Shown here: piece after piece, positions 61,353-64,000 of the stretch
Numbering within the stretch: position 1 is the stretch's first letter
Layout: every line of letters starts with the position of its first letter
Source of the DNA: Vicugna vicugna
Lineage: Eukaryota
DNA: 64,000 nucleotides
Reading direction: 5' to 3'
Assembly (NCBI GenBank): GCA_013265495.1
Contig: MU058387.1
Coordinates: forward strand, 620,001 to 684,000
The notes under the pieces: model-generated
Databases searched by the model: none
What the model was told of the DNA's origin: nothing
The model's input: only the letters and a program-made list of their open reading frames with translations
Made by a program: the position numbers and the translations under genes

Positions 61353-63384
61353 AATGATCCTTGGAACCTGAGGTTGGGAGTGTCTAAAAATTCCAGACTA
61401 TGGGTTGTATCCCCAACTCTAGTTTTCAACTTAATCCCCAGGTAATCCAAAGAAAAAAATTCAACACATTATCCCCTTTACCAAGAAAATATCACAAACC
61501 ACTGTCTACCAAAGAAAGTAAATAGGTATTACCATCCTAATAAGCAATGAAGAAATCGTTCATAAAAATAGCACATGGATGATGAAGCTGGAGCAAAAGG
61601 TTAAGGATTTTTAAATAAACAGGAATACCTTGAACTGGACTGATGCTTTAGGAAAGTTTCAGTAATGAGCAGTATTTCCCCAGATGTCTTGACCATTCTG
61701 TTTATGCACAACATAAAGTGCAGAGGATCATAGGACGCTAATACGTCGTGATAAACTTGTTTGATTACACTTCCCAGGTGCTGCTGGGTCCAATTATCTT
61801 GGTGCTAAAATACTCTCTAATTGGGTGTGAAACACCCATCAGAGTTAATTACACTGTACTCCACTATACGGGCTTGAAATAATTAAGAATGTTTTCATTT
61901 CTCAACTGGCCTAGAAAAAAAGGTACATGCATTTCAAGTTTCAACCCTTAGAGATTTAAACTCATGAGATCAGCTAGATATGAATACATATAAATGTCTA
62001 AACATAGAATCTTATTGAGACCATAAGCCTCTTATCATAACCTAGATGCTTTGATCTATAAAAGTAGAGCTGTGTCTTATAAGGAGCATGTGCCCTTTGA
62101 AATTTAAGAAATCAAAATATTATGGGAAGGTGTGTTACAGTGAAAAATTATGTTATATTATATTGTATGTTATATTATGTGATATTATACTATGCTGTAT
62201 TAGTACTTTAAAAGTATCAACCATTTAGAAGTACTAGTAAGTTAAAAGCATTGTTTCTGGAAGTTCATCTTCACAACAGAGATTGGGTTATCAAGGCCAC
62301 CTGCATTACAGGATATTAGCTACATAATAAATGAACAGTATTGAAAGAGTTGGAAGATTGAAACTGAAATAATACCCATATCCAAAAAGAAAATCATGGA
62401 AGCACATTAGAGTTGGAATTTTCATCTTGAGGAGATCTAGCAAGTCATCATGAAAGACATGCTCTTGACTAAAGACTTCTGTGTTATTTAACCTAAAATG
62501 CAAATACATATACATGTATAAGTGTGCATACATATATATACATATATCACAATTAACAAAGTTGAAGTTAACATGGGTAATTTCTGATAGGGCAAATAGA
62601 CGGCAAAAGGTGATAAAAAGTTAAAGTGTCGGTAGCTTGTTTCCCAAATCCTCTTGATCCATTGTTCTGGAAGTTTATGGCCATGTTGACCCTTCCCCTG
62701 TTGGATTATCTCCTGGCCTTGGTGGACTGAGTCATGGTATCCACCAGGTTTTTCCTGATGCAAGCATCTCTCTGGTCAGGAGCTGACTCATCCTGTGGTC
62801 ATTGGTGTCTTCCATCACATTTTACCTTTCCAGGCTTCATTCATCACCTCTTCTGTCTCACTGAACCAATTGTTCATGCTCCTCTGAGCTGGCACTTTCT
62901 GCTCTCACTCCTCCTATGTGTGGCATGGCATTGCCTAGCAATTAAATGTTAAATCGTGATAGCTCATTTCAAAATATGGCACATTCTATGGCTGCTGTAA
63001 AATAAAGTTCACACGGTATCTTGGATTCTTCTGTCTGTTGACTCACTCAGATAACAAAAAAATTTTTATAAGGGTTTCTGTAACTTATCTTCTCTCCCCA
63101 GAATAATTTTATTAATCCAAAATTTTTGAGTAACACATTTTCCCCCCACTAGCACCAGAATCTGACTTTTAACAGTTTTTCCATATCATTTCGATGAACC
63201 AGTTCACTAACCTGAATCCAGAAATCTGAGAGTAACTAATGGTTATGATTTTTCAAACTTTTGTTTGTCTTTTGCACCACTGTCACTTTAGGAACAGAAA
63301 GTATTTACAGAAGGTATGGTATTTTGATGAATAAATTCTTGACTCAATCGTTTTATAATATATCATTAGCAAGAATTAATATTC

Positions 63385-63500
63385 TTGTACTTTACCCCAT
63401 TTGTAGGTAAAGATTAAAGTATTTAGAATACTTAATGGCTTTTTACCTGTTATTTCTTCAAATTCAGTCCAAATCTAAGTGAAACTGGGACTCTTTTGGC
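63385..63500 (-). mobile_element. MIR fragment
   Basis: ttaccccatttgtaggtaaagattaaagtatttaga. Confidence 0.45.
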
Positions 63501-63844
63501 TCCTTTATGGAAATAAGTAGAGGACAAAAGATGAACCCACACTGATGCCCTCTTTAATCTTCAAAGCGAGACAAATTTTAGGACAAAAAGAGTAAGTACC
63601 ACAGCTTAAATTGATTTTAACCTTATTAATTTACTAAAAGTAGAATATAGTTCTATAATCACAAGCAGTCATTTTTCCATTGTAAAATGTATTCATTTTC
63701 ATTTCATTTTAAACTGTATCCAAAACTCTCGAAATTTCTAAGATCTAGATAAATCATGTAATATTTTATGTATCTAGAAAAGTCAATATAGGTATTTGAG
63801 GACATGCAATTTCTTTTTCTGTTAATGCTACTAGATATATCTTC

Positions 63845-63960
63845 TTTAATTCATTCCACAAGCATTCACTGAGCATCTCCAACATGCCAAGTTTTCATGA
63901 TATAAAGCCAAGGAGACCCAAGACCTGAGCCGTGAGAACCTCTACTCTACAGGATGCACC
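63845..63960 (-). mobile_element. L2 3' end
   Basis: ttcattccacaagcattcactgagcatctccaacatgccaag. Confidence 0.7.
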
Positions 63961-64000
63961 AAGAATTCACAAAATCATGACATTTATATGCAATGACTAA

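Noticed and set aside
1..64000. CRISPR arrays, operons or other prokaryotic systems
   Set aside because: The sequence is mammalian and repeat-rich, with no regularly spaced repeat-spacer array and no long ORFs.

Overview
This is mammalian non-coding DNA, either a large intron or a gene desert. It is most likely camelid, inferred from a tRNA-Ala-derived SINE at 48.6 kb and L1 3' ends that resemble camelid families as I recall them. I find no convincing protein-coding exon, structural RNA gene or CRISPR-type feature. The listed ORFs are short, use alternative starts, and fall in repeats or unrecognisable sequence; the only recognisable protein-like sequence is a dead L1 ORF2 C-terminal fragment at 53.8 kb. 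The window is a layered transposon record: ancient MIR, L2, hAT (MER5, MER58) and MaLR copies, with younger insertions nested in them that still show target-site duplications (TSDs). These include two ERV1-type solo LTRs, two MLT1 solo LTRs, five very short L1 3' ends and a 56-bp hAT-like insert. There is also a recent ~135-bp tandem duplication. The best leads are two CpG-retaining, motif-dense segments (12.7-12.95 kb and 43.9-44.2 kb), several repeat-free enhancer-like blocks, and a 2.5-kb purine-skewed stretch that may be a fossil retroelement interior. I do not see evidence for a novel biological system. Family names come from recalled consensus sequences, not a database search, and boundaries without TSDs are approximate.
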